Source of the DNA: the human T2T-CHM13v2.0 reference genome, Homo sapiens | Reading direction: 5' to 3' (one strand) | DNA length: 64,000 nt | Assembly: GCF_009914755.1 (NCBI RefSeq) | Contig: NC_060948.1 | Part shown: positions 43,541 to 60,759 of the stretch, piece after piece | Position numbering within the stretch: the stretch's first letter is position 1 | Layout of the letters: every line of letters starts with the position of its first letter | Notes under the pieces: model-generated | Seen by the model: only the letters and a program-made list of their open reading frames with translations | Databases searched by the model: none | What the model was told of the DNA's origin: nothing | Translations under genes and position numbers: made by a program

Positions 43541-44202
43541 CATATTTGTTGAAATAACCAAATAACCCAAAGGATTACTTGAATCAAAAAAGCAATTCAG
43601 AGTCCAGGAGATAATTCCAAGCTCCAAGAAGTTCTGACATGGCAAATATGAAAATGAGTTTCAAAGCCACAGAACAAAGGAGGTGGTGTCGCCAAAACTT
43701 TTACTCAATGCCCCTAAGGGCTGTTTGGAGAGGGCAGGGCTTAGCCATATTTAAACAAACAATGGTTGATTATTTTCTCAGATCCTTCACAGAATTTCTT
43801 TCTTCAAGTCAAAGAGTACAAGTAAAAGCCAATACACAACACTCGGGAAAAATATGGGAGCCCCCAAAACAAAGAAAAATCCTTTAAATAGCCAGACAAG
43901 TGGCCCCCAGACATCCTTCATGACCTGAACAAGACAAACCAGCAGGGTTGGGAGGGCCCTGGGAACAATGGGAAAAGGTCTTCAGAGCCCTCAGGGGGAA
44001 TTCCTAACTGTGGACAGCTCTACACTGAGCTCAGCAATTCCGGAGTAAGCAGGCAATAAATGCACCGTTTTTGAGCCAGAACGTTTTCCACTTACTTCGA
44101 CTCACTATTGGAACTACTCAAAGATGCTCTATAGGGAGAGAGGTACCAAAGCTGGAGGAAGGCAGAAGATGCAGGAAATACGGGGCATCCATGGAATCAA
44201 CC

Positions 44203-44884
<682 letters not shown>

Positions 44885-45242
44885 CAACCTAAACGCCCAT
44901 CAATGATAGACTGAATTCAGAACGAGATCATGTCCTTTGTGGGATCATGGAGGCCATTATCCTTAGCAAACTAACGCAGAAACAGAAAACAAAATACTGC
45001 ATGCTCTTACTTACAAGTGGAGCTAAGTGATGAGAACTCCTGGACACATAGAGGGGAACAACGGACACTAGGTCCTTTTGGTGGGTGAAGAGTGGGAGGA
45101 GGGAGAGGATCAGGAAAAACAACTAATGGCTACCAGGCTTAGTACCTGGGTGACAACAAATCCCTATGACACAAGTTTGCCTATATAGCAAACCTGCACT
45201 TGTACACCTGTACTTAAAATACAAGTTAAGTAATAAAAAAAA
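44885..45242 (+). mobile_element. L1PB/PA-like 3' end
   Basis: CAACCTAAACGCCCATCAATGATAGAC...CAAACCTGCACTTGTACACCTG. Confidence 0.85.
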
Positions 45243-45289
45243 TTACTGGTCATCGAAAAATAGAGGAACCAGAGTTAAATCAAAACTAG

Positions 45290-45487
<198 letters not shown>

Positions 45488-46028
45488 TAAAAGGAAAGTG
45501 GACCTAAAATTAAAGGTCACAATAGCTTGTAGGAGAGAAATGCAATGGTCAGAGCTAAAACAAGTTATTTCTTTTTTTGGGAGGAGAGTATAAATATTTG
45601 CTTTATTTTATTTCCTGTGAATGTTGCTATGCATGTGAAATTTATTGCCAGTAAGTAAAATAATAAAAACTGAAAACAGCTTTCTCAAAAAGGAAAAAAA
45701 CTTAAAAAAACCCTCAGGTATCAGAAAATAGAAATTATCAAAACAAAGAAAGTGAAAGGTTAATAGAATGTACAAAATTGAACACAAGAAATACATTGTA
45801 AAACTGTTATCAACTGTAATAAATAGAAATCATATGAAAATCTATCTTAGAAGACAAGAACTCTCAGATGAGATTGAAAAAAATCTAGGTCTTTGCTGTT
45901 TGCAAAAGTCTGAAATGCAGAACACAAAAAGGCCAAGATCAAAGGTATGGAGAAAAAATAACATAGATAAGTAAATTTAACATTTCTGTAGTTTGGTTAA
46001 CAAGAAGCAGAAAAGAAAGGAAAAAGTC

Positions 46029-46263
<235 letters not shown>

Positions 46264-46504
46264 AAGAAGGTTGTGGTTACGTTATAAAAAATTTTGTCAA
46301 AAATAATTATAAAATCCTGAACTTTATAAAATTATAAAATAAGATTATAAAAAATGCTGAAATTTTTTTCAGCTAGTACCATAGTATCCAAGTTCATAAA
46401 ACAACATTTGGGAGAATTAGAACACATTATCAAGTCCAGAGCCTCATCTTCTGCAGATCTCTGCCTATGGGGAGCTAGCTTTCAAAAAAATGAGAAAACT
46501 TGTA

Positions 46505-46507
<3 letters not shown>

Positions 46508-46552
<45 letters not shown>
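46508..46552. repeat. (TG)n microsatellite, about 22 units
   Basis: Directly visible. Confidence 0.95.
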
Positions 46553-46556
<4 letters not shown>

Positions 46557-46634
46557 CACATGCATTTGCAGCTAAACTTAAATTCCTTCCTGTATTTATC
46601 TTCCTAAATTAATGTAATATTCTTGAATACCTGC

Positions 46635-46973
46635 AGCTTGTCCATATCTCCTCAAATTCCTATTTTGAAACATTAACTCCAAAGGTACTAGGAGGTGAGG
46701 CATGGGGAAGTGATGAGGTCATGAGCATGGAGCCTCATGAGTGGGATCAGTGCCCTCATAAAATGCACCCCAGAGAGCTCCCTCACTCCTTCTACCATTT
46801 GAAGACACAGTGAGAAGGTGCCATCTATGAACCAGGAAGCCCTCACCAGACACTGAAACTGCCACACCTTGGTCTTGGACTTCCAGCCTCCAGAACTGTG
46901 AGCGATAAAAGTCTGTTGTTTATAAGCCCTGACTGTGGTATTCTCTTACAGCAGCCTGAAATGGACTAAGACA
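46635..46973 (+). mobile_element. MaLR LTR (MLT1A/MST-like)
   Basis: GGAGCCTCATGAGTGGGATCAGTGCCCTCATAA...CTTGGACTTCCAGCCTCCAGAACTGTGAG...GGACTAAGACA. Confidence 0.85.
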
Positions 46974-47124
46974 GCCTTCCTCTGTGCTTCAGAAGAGGAA
47001 AAAGTTAAGTCTAATTATTGTAAAGATTAATATTTCAGATGCAGTATAAACTGAATAAAGCTTGTGTTTATTTTTCTGATTGACTTTTTGGATAATCCTT
47101 GAAAATCTAAAGGACTTGCTATGC

Positions 47125-49733
<2,609 letters not shown>

Positions 49734-52700
49734 GGACTTGCTATGCTAAGTAAAGCCTGTGGTTGGGGTAATGGGAAACTGATACTACTCCAAGTTTCAT
49801 CTTAGTGCTATGAAATATTGATACCGTAGGCACTCTACAAAACGTGGGCTCAATTAAGAAAGATTTTTGCAAGTGTCTAAACAAAGTAGGAGACAGAGGA
49901 TTTCTATCATCAATGCATTTTTAGAGAACTGTGTGACATAGTTTCAGGGATGACCACCAGGACATTGGAAAAAGGGTTGCGTCAATTAAAATGTTTCACC
50001 CACTGGCCGCTTTGAAAATGAAAGCTACCAGAGGAAAAGAAAAATACAGACCCAAATCAAAACCAGATGTATGCAGCTTTGAGGATTTCTCAGCCCTTCG
50101 TTTTCTCTCCATTTTATTTCACATGTCTTGTAAAATGGATGTGACTTCTGGAAAGGACTTTGCGTAGCAAGGTCCCTCCTTCTTTTGGGAAAACCCAGTT
50201 AAATAGGCAAATAAACAAACTGCCTAATGATGACTCAGTAGGGGCAGATTGAACTATACTGTTTGTTCAAGGAAATGTCTGGAAGAAATTAGACAAATTG
50301 ATTTGTTTCTAAGTAATACCCATTCAGGCAGTAGCTTAAGAGAAATTTATGCATCCCCCCTAACCCCTGCACAAATTCTTCTCTGTCTTAGACAGTCCCA
50401 CCCAGTGTAAATCTTTAACCCAGTCAGCAAGCCCTAGAATTTTATACATTTGACACTTTTGTGAGCTATTTAGCTCACCCTGTCTTTCCATTGTTCTAGA
50501 AGATGGCTTGCTGGATATATAGCAATATATCCACTCTATAAAAATCATTAATCGAATTAGACATCAGCAGGGGACATCTTATGCTCGTTTGATTTCTTTT
50601 TATGCTTCTGGGCATACATACTTATGTAACATTTGTTTTGAAAATCAAATTAAATGAAAGGATACTGTAGTTTCTACAGGCAAGAAAGTACTTTAGACAA
50701 ACCCTGAGCAGCACACATTCAGATTCAACTCTGGGGTTTGACACTTACCTTTGTAATTTCAGCTTTCTCACCTGTAAAACCAACAACAAGAAAGAGAATG
50801 CATTGGCTTGCTATGAGGATTCCATGAAAAAAATATAAAGAAATAAAGCACCCAGCCCTCTGAAGAAATGTTTGCTCTTTCAGTTTGTGCAAAAACAAAC
50901 AAACAAACAAACAATCATGCAAAAGAAGCTTCCTTTTAAAATAGTCCTCATATTATGATCTACCTGATATGCTCCAATTTTCTTAGCTCTGAGGAAAGGT
51001 GACATAATTTATAAGATGCTTTCTTTAAAAGCAAAGTAATCCAATGATACACTCATACAGTGTCATCATTTTAGCTTTGCTTTTAATAAAAGGCAAACAG
51101 AATTTTGCCTTGTTTTAATGACATTGCTTTGATGTTATTATCTTTGTTAGTCAAAGTCCATTGCCCAGGGTGACCCCATTTTCATAACAATAAAAACATT
51201 TTAATGGTACTATAAAGCCAGAAACCAAAGTGAATACATTATAGAGTTGATGTTACCTAGTCTCTTGAGGGAAATCCAGTTTAGCCACAACCCTTGTAAA
51301 TAAGAAACATATCTTGTTTGGGGATGCTAGAAAATTATGACCACCATATTTATTTTACCTCATGTGAACTTCCAACATGTCCTTCAGTTTAGAAAGAACT
51401 TAAAAAAATACACACATTGAAAGAAAACAATGATGAAATACAAACATAGTAAACTTGTGGTCAGAAGTTTTTCTCAGAATCTTCATTAGAATTCACCAAA
51501 AGAAATTCTGTTCACCTAATTTAGAAAGGGATTGGTTAATATTCCCAAATTATAGATTAGTTGGTGGTTTGTAAGAATGCTTCAGATATTAGATGATTTA
51601 CTGTTATATTCATGAATCTGTTGATGAAATAGTGACACTCCATTTGCAGAAATTGAGTTTAATTTTACAGGGTGCCATAACAAAATCTGAAAAACCTTGG
51701 CATTTCTCAAAGCAAAGCATAAAAAGGAATAACTGTCTGATTGATTCCATTGCATCTTTCCTGAGGAGTAAAACTGTTTTGCAAGAAATTCTTCTTTAAA
51801 CGTATCTAAGATGATTTTGTTTTCCCCTTTTTTCTATCATATTTTAGAAATTGTGCTGCATAATTTCACTATTTCAGTTACAGGAACTTAGCTTGATCTG
51901 TGTGTTGCTGTTGCTGAGAAGCTACAGAGATGCTGAACTTCCCCATACCCTGCAGCCAAGGTGTTGCAACAGCCCAGAGGAATTTGTTCTAATCCTACTT
52001 GCTGTTGGAGTCACTGAACTTTTCTTTCCCTGGCACCTAGCAATTGCTCTATAGAGGCAATTTCCATTACCACACCGTCAAATGCACCAACATCCACTGA
52101 AACATAAAGTACATTCCATGGTGGCATATTAATACATATTGACCTTGGCAGTCCATCTGATTCCATCATCAAATCCAACACGGAGGAAAAGGAAGAACCA
52201 GTTTTCTGACTGCAAACCCCAGCAACAAAGTAGCAGGAAGTTAGAGAAAAAGGAACTATTCCTTTGCTAAGTTCCCATTTTAATTTGGTGTTCCAGGAAC
52301 TCTGAGCTTTCTATTTATTGCCTGCATATCCATGAAATAAGGCACATGTTGAGTAGAAGATGAAATGTGTGATAGCCTTGAGCCATTTATGCTTAGCGTT
52401 CCAATAATGGAACATGTGGGATTATTTACATCCTACTGCTCATGTCGTCGCCAAGGTCTGATTGCAAAAATTCAAAATATTTCAACCTCAAGCTTAAAGG
52501 GGTTAAGGTTTGGGGTTTTTCTTTGGAAGTGGCCAGCTCATCTCTGCTGTTACATGTTTTATTGAGTTTATTTGCATGTGTGAGAACCTACCAAGGCTCT
52601 AAATGCAAACACGATCTCCCATCACACTAGAGGAACAAGATGGATATTTGCAAATGGTAAATAATTATTTCTTGATTATTATTGTGTGGTGAGCAGAGAA

Positions 52701-52829
52701 CACAGTTAAGTCTTGATTTTCACCAGAGCTTTGCCCTGATATATTCTTTCTCCCTCAGCACAAAACCCTGACTTTGCAACCCTAGGACTCTTCAGAGTCT
52801 TTTCTTTCAGGTTTTAAATTTATTTTCTA

Positions 52830-53090
52830 AATTAATTCTTTAAAATTGATATATCATAGTTGTACATATTTCACAGGTAAATGGGATATTTTGATACAGG
52901 AATATGATGTGTAATGATCAAATCAGAATGATTGGGATGCCAAGAACCTCACACAACTATCTTTTCTTTCTGTTGGGAGTATTTGAATTCTTCTTTTCCA
53001 GCTATTTTGAAATATTCAATAAATTATTGTTAACTCTACTTTCTCCAGTGTACTGTTGGACACTAGAACTTATTCCTTCTATCTAGCAGA
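52830..53090 (-). mobile_element. L1MA-like 3' fragment
   Basis: ATAGTTGTACATATT...GATATTTTGATAC...GTAATGATCAAATCAG. Confidence 0.8.
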
Positions 53091-53596
53091 ATTTTCTTAT
53101 GTTACTATGCCTGCATCCCACCTACATTATGAGATACGTAAAATATTCTTTTCGAGGGACTGGATTGGTCTTGGGTGAGTTTACAAAGCCTGTTCTAAAA
53201 TCCAGTCATCCAAGTTACTGGTCAACATATTTAATGATCCAGGAGTGAGGTCGTTTAAGTTATCCTGAGGTGTTTATACAGACAGAACCCACAAACAGGG
53301 CTTCATTACAAACTCAATAAGGGATCTAAACTGTCTAGATAGAACCAGGCATTCATTTGCTCATACGTTTGCCTATAACATACTTAGAAATACCCTGCTT
53401 TAATGTACATTTAAACATAGAGACAAGAAATAGATTAGTGCTTTGCAGGTGTTGCAGAGAGAGGAGGATGGGGAGTGACTGTTTAACAGGTACAGCATTG
53501 GGGTGATCAAAATGTTCTGAAACCAGATAATGGTGATGGGTGCATCATGTTGTACAGGCATCAAGTGCTGGTGAATTGTACAATTTAAAATGGCTA

Positions 53597-54097
53597 TGAT
53601 AGTATTATGGGTTGAATTGGAACTCCCACCAAATTTATATAGTAAACTCTCAATCTCCTGTGCCTAAGGATATGACCTTATTTGGAAATACAGCTATTAT
53701 AGATATAACTAAGTTATACTGGAGCATGGTGAGCACCTAATTTAATCTGACTGATGTCCTTAGAAAAGAGGGAAACTTGGACACAGAGAAACATGTACCC
53801 AGGGAGAACACCATGTGAAGGTGAAGGCAGACACTAGGGTGGGTGATGATCTATAAACCAACAGATAGATACCAAGGATTTCCAGCAGGCTCTGGAAGCT
53901 GAGAGAGAGGCATGGAACAGATTCCCCTTTACAGCCTCCAGAAGGATTCTCCCCCAGAGCCTCTGAAGTGAGCATAATCCTGCTACAACCTTGATTTCAG
54001 ACATCTGGCCTCTAGAACTGCAAGATAATCGATTTGTATTGTTTAAAGCCACTCAATTCGTGGCTCTGTGTTATGACATCCTTAGGAAACTAATACA
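53597..54097 (+). mobile_element. MLT1C/D-like MaLR LTR
   Basis: GGGTTGAATTGG...GACCTTATTTGGAAATA...GGCATGGAACAGATTC...GGAAACTAATACA. Confidence 0.85.
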
Positions 54098-54882
54098 GCC
54101 AGTAAAACTAATAACATTTCTTCACTGATGGATGTGAAAGGGAAGAGTGAATATTGATTCCATGTATTTGCCCAGAGAATGGGGAAGGGTAGAAGGGAGA
54201 CATTTTCAAAAGTAGGCCAGGGGTTTAGTTCTTGACATGCTGAATTGGAGATGTCCATGCACAAGGATGTAAATGATGTGTCCACTAAGCCCCCAAGTGG
54301 AGGTGTTGAAGTGGGTGGTTGAATATAGGCAAATCTGGAGATTGGCAGAGGAATCAAAGTTAATGATATGAATTTGTGGGTTGTTGGCCGATGAAGATAT
54401 TTAAAGACATGAGATTACATAGTTCCCCTAAGGAGTAGCAAAGATATAAAAGAACAGGCTGAGCCTAGGACTCCTCAAGAGTAGGATGACATTGAGGAGA
54501 TTTGGGAGAGGAGACTGAAGGTGTGTAAATTGTATTAGTAGAAAAGCAAGAAGAGTCAGTGTCCTGAAATGAAATGAACACAAAACCAAAAAAGAGAGAG
54601 GGACCCATTGTGTGGGGTAACGTATTATCTCCATTTGCCTGGGACTAATGGGGTTCCCAAAACACAAGACTAAAGCCGGGACAGTTACGGGTATACCAGG
54701 ATGGGTGGTCCTCCAACCAGTGTGTCCACGGTCACTTAGAGGTTGCTCAAGTAAGATGCAGTATAAGAACAGATCACTGACTTTCTCCAAAATAGAGTTA
54801 CTGGGTGTACTTGACTTCAGTAATTGATCTCATGCAACAGAGATATCACACAGACAGGACTTCAATCTCCCCAGTTTCTAGG

Positions 54883-54921
54883 AGAGAGAGAGAGAGTGAG
54901 AGAGAGAGAGAGAGAGAGAGA
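54883..54921. repeat. (GA)n microsatellite
   Basis: Directly visible, with one interruption. Confidence 0.93.
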
Positions 54922-55289
54922 TAACTAAACTCAGTTTTACAACCAGCTAACAAGTCTGCTCTGAAGATAACTAACTCCCTTCTGCCATAAAGACAATCCA
55001 TCTATGAAGGCAGAGCCCTCAAGATCTAATTATCTCCTATTGTGCCCAACTTTCCAACACCTGCACTTTGGATGAAGTTTCCAACACACGAATTTATGGG
55101 GATGGATTCGAACAATAGAACAGGTTTTTATAATTTATAAACCACTTTCACATGCAAAACTATATATCCTTCACTTGAAAGCTGAGGAGATGTAAAAAAA
55201 TTAGAGAAGTAAATAAACTATCACTTTTGCAGAGGTTTTTTTGCATCCTTAAAAGTAGAGAAATTGAATTCTTCATGGTGTCTTTTCTT

Positions 55290-55604
55290 TTTTTTTTATT
55301 TTTCTTTCTTTTTCTTGTTTTTGAGACAGAGTCTTGCTCTGTTGCCCAGGCTGGAGTGGTGCGATCTCAGCTCACTGCAAGCTCCACCTCCCGGGTTCAT
55401 GCCATTCTCCTGCCTCAGCCTCCTGAGTAGCTGGGACTACAGGTGCCTGCCACCATGCCCGAAATTTTTTTTTTTTTTGTATTTTTAGCAGAGGCGGGGT
55501 TTCACCATGTTAGCCAGGATGGTCTCGATCTTCTGACCTCGTGATCCACCCGCCTCGGCCTCCCAAAGTGTTGGGATTACAGGCGTGAGCCGCCGTGACT
55601 GGCC
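55290..55604 (-). mobile_element. AluY
   Basis: GCAAGCTCCACCTCCCGGGTTCATGCCATTC, TTAGCCAGGATGGTCTCGATC; TSD ATGGTGTCTTTTCTT. Confidence 0.93.
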
Positions 55605-56239
55605 ATGGTGTCTTTTCTTAAATGAACTGTGGATTAAGAATGTTAGTAATGGACACATTTGCACCTGACTGATAACATGAGACTCTTCGTCCTAAGTACA
55701 TTGTGCATATATATTTATTCAGAAGATGTTGTCTATTGGCTACTATCTCAGAGGGAAAAGAACTTGGTGTCAGAGATGCAGATGACAAATGAGCTGAACT
55801 AGATGTCAATATGGATGTCTTCAGTTCACATTCCTAAAAGTGACAACATCTCCCTATCCCGGGCTTGCTTTTACTGACAGAATTGGAGCACCAGGGTTTC
55901 TGTTGTGCGTGTCCAAAAAAAAGTCCACAATTCTTCTGAAAGCAAACAGTAAACATATTTACTGCAAGTGTAAATATAACATTCTTCTGAAAGCAAACAG
56001 TACACAGATCTGGCAAGTACAAATACTATGACAGATGCTTATGTCCTGAAATAAATAATAGATATAGTAGATTGTGTTGTAGGTTCCCTTGATTAAGCCT
56101 GACACTCTGCCATTCACATATCAGTCCCAGGAAATTCTTTCATAACACAATTCATCATAGTAACATCAGACTCCTTCAACTACAACCTCATTGAACACAA
56201 TGAACTGGAAATACATTATATTTAAAGAAAAGGCAAGAG

Positions 56240-56575
56240 TACATTTGGATTTATATCCAAGAGTTCCATACCCATGGATTTAACCAACTGCCAATTGAAA
56301 ATATTTGAAAAAATATCACATCCATATCGAACATGTACAAGTTTTTTTGTGTCATTATTCTCAAAAAATACAGTATAATAACTATTTGTGTAGCATTTTC
56401 ACTGTTTTCAGTATTTTAAGTAATTTAGAGATAATTCAAAGTATAAGGGAGGATGTGCATGGGTTATATACAAATACTACATCATTTTATTTAAGGAACT
56501 TGAGCATCTGTGGATTCTGGTATCTACACAAGGTCCTGGAACCAGTCCTTCATGGATACCTAGAGACAACTGTAT
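56240..56575. mobile_element. MER2 (Tigger) DNA transposon
   Basis: CCATGGATTTAACCAAC...ATTCAAAGTATAAGGGAGGATGTGCAT...GGAACTTGAGCATCTGTGGATT...GGATACCTAGAGACAACTGTA. Confidence 0.85.
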
Positions 56576-57099
56576 GTATCCTGCCACCAACAAAATAAAG
56601 CACTATAATTCTTTCATGCTCAAGAATAAGAATGCCATAATTTTACTTATAATCAATAGACAACAAAAGAGCAAGTTTACATGAGGCCTTTTCCACCCTT
56701 AGCTATTTTCCTTTTCCAATCAATCTTTAACATTTTGAAGGCAAGATTGTATGATTTTCAAGGAATGCACACATTAAAAAATTTGAACCACTTGAGAAGT
56801 CATTAATAAAGATTTTTATTTTACAATGGTAAGAGAGAATCAATGGAACAATTTTAAACTTCTCTTTTTTAGCGAGTTTTATATTTTCTAAAGCACTTTT
56901 ATTATATTTTATTTCTGTAAACGTGGTGGCAATCTTCTTGTAAAGTTGAGGATATGGAATCACAGAGAAATTCATAAACTTGCTGAAGATCATTTACACT
57001 GCCAGTCTGCAAACCCCACTTCTAATATCCAAATGTGTTGAGGGAAGGGACAGTGCCTACTTTAGTCCCAGGCTCCCATAGAATGTTGGCTTATGAAGC

Positions 57100-57635
57100 A
57101 TAATAGTTAGCTATTGCTGTATAACAAATCATCACCTACTTAGAAGCTTATAAAACGGAAGTCTTTTAACTCACAGTGTCTGTGAGTTAGTAAAATGTGT
57201 ACAATTCAAATGGGTGCAATTCAAATAGGGTATTTCCTGGGGCTGGGGTTTCATCTGAAGGCTGAAATGTGGCAAAATCTACTTTCAAGGTAATTCATGT
57301 GGTTGTTGGCAAGATTCAGATTCTCATAGGTTTTTGGACCAAGAATCTCCATTCCTAGAGGCTGTCTTTAATTCCTCATCACGTTGATTTCTTCACAGGG
57401 CAGCTCACAACATGGCAGCTTGTTTACCATACCCAGCAAGGGAAAGGGTCAACACAGAGAGGCTGCTAGGAAGATGAAACTCACAAGCTCCTGCAGTGTA
57501 ATCACAGAGAGAACACCCCATTGCTTTTGTCATATCGAATTGATTAGAAGCAAGTCATGGATCCCACGGACACTCAAGGAGAGGCGATTATATAATAGTA
57601 TAAATATCAGGATATGAGCATTATTGGGAGCCATC
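57100..57635 (-). mobile_element. Old MLT1 MaLR LTR
   Basis: TAGTTAGCTATTGCTGTATAACAAAT...GGCAGCTCACAACATGGCAGCTTG...TTGATTAGAAGCAAGTCA. Confidence 0.75.
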
Positions 57636-58486
57636 TATGAGTTGTCTGCCCACCCAGAGGACCCATAACGAATGTTTTCTGAAAAAAACAAAAACAAAAA
57701 CAAGAAACAAAAATTATTGCTAATTGAAAAACCTGACTTCCTGAATTGGAGGTTAGAGTTCTTCCAATACCAGCTTCTGTGCTGACAGCAAGTTATCAGA
57801 GGAGAAATGGGCCCTGGAGGACAGCTTGAAGAAATGTGGTTAGAGGACAAAAGGATACAATGCAAGGTGGGTGCACACAGCACTCAACCTTGACTATCGC
57901 CCTGTCATTCTTAAGACCATGCTGGCTTGCCTTCTAACCCAATGTGGCCCACTATTTTACAACCCCTAATGTAAAATTAGCCATGATGTTCTTCAATTCA
58001 ACAGTTGGCTTTAAAAATATCTGGGATTATTGTTTTCTACATTATAAGAAAACAGAATTTGTGAGACTTTTTTTCCCAGCCTTTGTTATACTGTAAACAG
58101 CAAATGTAAAAGGATTAAGTAGGACAAACACACTTCTTGAGCCCCAAGCTAAGGACAATGTGGCTTCCAAGGCAGAAACAGACTTGAAATGTCAGGTCTG
58201 CTTTAGATGTTATTTATTCAGCTGGAGAATAAATATTACTTCAGTGAACTTCAAAAACAATGGGGATTAAAACCTTCCATACCCTTGAAATAAATTGACC
58301 TCTATTTTTCAAACCAGATGGAAACAGAACTCAAGAGCAAACTCTGAAAGGTAAATCATGGATTAATGATTTTAACATACATCTGAGAAATGTTACTCCC
58401 AACTAACTTGCATTTTTAGAAACTTTTAAATGTATATATTCCTACTGTAATTTTAAAAATATTGACTGAAAAATATTTGCTTTAGA

Positions 58487-58700
58487 CTAAGGTTTCTCCA
58501 GAAGTGAAACAAGACATTTGTGAGCAGATGATTCTGTGGTGGGGGCTGCCCTGTGCATTGTAGGGTGTTGACCAACATCCCTGGGATCTACCCAACAGAT
58601 GCCAGGAGCACCCCTTCACTCACTGAGACAAGTGAAAATGTCCCCAGATATTACCCAGTGTTCCCTGGGGAGAAAATTCCCCCCATTTGAAATCCACCAT
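58487..58700. mobile_element. MER20
   Basis: GGGGGCTGCCCTGTGCATTGTAGGGTGTT...CATCCCTGG...GATGCCAGGAGCACC...AAAATGTCCCCAGA. Confidence 0.85.
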
Positions 58701-58702
58701 CA

Positions 58703-59335
58703 AAGATAGATAAATGGTAGAGATAGACAGATAGATATAGATAGATGATAGATAGATATAGATAATTGATAAATAAATAGATACAGATGCCAGACAGATG
58801 ATTGACAGATGGATGATAGATAGATAAATAATAATGATGATAGTGTTTAGATATTAGATGGATAGGTATATAGATGATAAATAAAAATAGATACATGGAA
58901 ATATAGATTATAGATTGATAGATATAAATAATAGATGGATAGATGATAGATGGATAGACAGGTAGATACACAGATGATGGATAGATGGATAGGTAGATAG
59001 AGGTGATGTATGAATAGATGATACATAGATAAAGATAGGTAGATAATAGATATAGATGATTGATATGATAGATGACAGATAAATAGATAAATGATATAAT
59101 AGATGATAGATAAATATGATAGATGTAGATTATAGATAGATGACAGATAAGTGATAGATATGACAGATAATATATATGTAGGTAATAGATATGATAGATG
59201 ATAGATATGATAGCTGATAGGTATGATCAATATGCTAGATGGTAGTTAGATAGACATGATAGATGATAGATAAATAGATGTATGTGATAGCTGACAGATA
59301 TGATAAATATTACATGAGATAAAAGACAGAAAAAT

Positions 59336-59380
<45 letters not shown>
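58703..59380. repeat. Degenerate (GATA)n array ending in a perfect (GATA)11
   Basis: Perfect run at 59336-59379, preceded by ~630 bp of degenerate GATA/GATG/GACA units. Confidence 0.95.
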
Positions 59381-59397
59381 GGAATCTCATGCTCAGG

Positions 59398-59575
59398 CAG
59401 TGTTTCACAGCCTCAGCCCTATTGAAATTTGGGGCTGCATGATTCTCTGTGGTGGGGCCGTTTTGTGCAGTGTAGGATGTTGAACAGCATCCTGGGCCTC
59501 CCACTAGATGCCAGTAGGACCACCCAGTTGTGACAGCCAAAAACTTTCCAGACATCCCCCAATGTCCTCTAGAGG
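59398..59575. mobile_element. MER20
   Basis: CAGTGTTTCACAGCCTCAGC...GTGCAGTGTAGGATGTTGAACAGCATCCTGGGCCTCCCACTAGATGCCAGTAG. Confidence 0.85.
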
Positions 59576-60194
59576 CATCTTAGAGAATAGATAGAAGACT
59601 ATTCAGAAGAACATCCCCATTATTTTTTAGATAATAAGATCCAGGTCACTCTGCCTAACATCATTCTTTCTGGTTAGAACATTACAACCACCTCATCACC
59701 AGTCCCTGGTGTTGACATTTGCTAAAAATGTGGGACTTGGTTTCACTAGGAGGACTTGGTTTCATTAGGAGGAATTCAATATTGCCACATCATTCCAGAA
59801 GTCTTACTGTTGCTATTTACATTCAGTTCCCCTACTGTGTGCCCGAACAGGAAAGATCTTTCTCTTGAATGTGTTGGTTGGAATTTCTCTGGGTGCTGTC
59901 CTCTTGCTCCTTTTGCTGAAGAAGCTGAGAATGGGTCACTGGCATCTTTTCCTATCTGGTTCTCACACTAGCCTGCAACTGAGGTGGCTGAAGCTCCATC
60001 CTCTTGGTCTCACGCTGTTTCTACCATCTTTGAAGTCTGCAGGTGCCTTCGGAGCCACACCACCTTCAGTTGGCCTCCTCATTGCTGATGGTTGGTGGTC
60101 TGCAACTTAGCTGATGTTGGTCAGTCTCCAAGACTGTTCCAGAATCTTTAGCCACCTTCTCAGCTCAGTTCTCACTGTGCTATCTTAATCCTAC

Positions 60195-60549
60195 TGCTAT
60201 AGTCTCAATGTATCCCCCAAAACTGATATGTTTAAATGTAGTGAACAATGTGATAATATGAAGTAGTGGAGCCTTTAGGAGGTGATTAAGTCATGAGGGT
60301 GGAGCCCTCCCACACATGGGATTTAGTGGCTTATTCAAGGGCTTGAAGGACCATGCTAACTCTTTGCTCTTCTACCTTATGTCATGTGAGAACACAGCAT
60401 GAAGGTACAAGCCCTCATCAGACACCAACTCCACCAGGCCTTGGTGTTGGGCTTTCAGCCTCCAGAATGGTGAGAAAATAAATGTCTGCTCTTTATAAAT
60501 TACTCAGTCTCAGGTATCTTGTTATAATTGGACAAGCAGACTGAGGTAC
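60195..60549 (+). mobile_element. MaLR LTR (MST/MLT1A-like)
   Basis: TGCTATAGTCTCAATGTATCCCCCAAAA...GCCTTTAGGAGGTGATTAAGTCATGAGGG...; TSD CCTAC. Confidence 0.85.
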
Positions 60550-60759
60550 CTACTGCTGTTCTTGTTGGTAGCAAACGACTTCTGAACCTTTCCTCATCTT
60601 TGCCAAAAGTCATGGTGAACTTGGCTCCCCCAATACCACTTCCCCATGCTGTGTTAGAGGATGTTTGTAGGATGTGTCTTGGGATACTAATTTTAGCTAG
60701 TCTTGCTGTGCTCTTAGATTAAGATGCATGGGGTTGCATAAAGAATCTATTTGTTTCTT

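Noticed and set aside
58651-59230. Ile/Tyr/Leu-rich 'membrane' ORFs, also at 14195-14464 and 43271-43483
   Set aside because: They are translations of GATA, TA and TATG low-complexity repeats.
59336-59379. Naming the (GATA)11 as a specific DYS/DXS forensic marker
   Set aside because: I could not match the flanks to any marker with confidence without a search.
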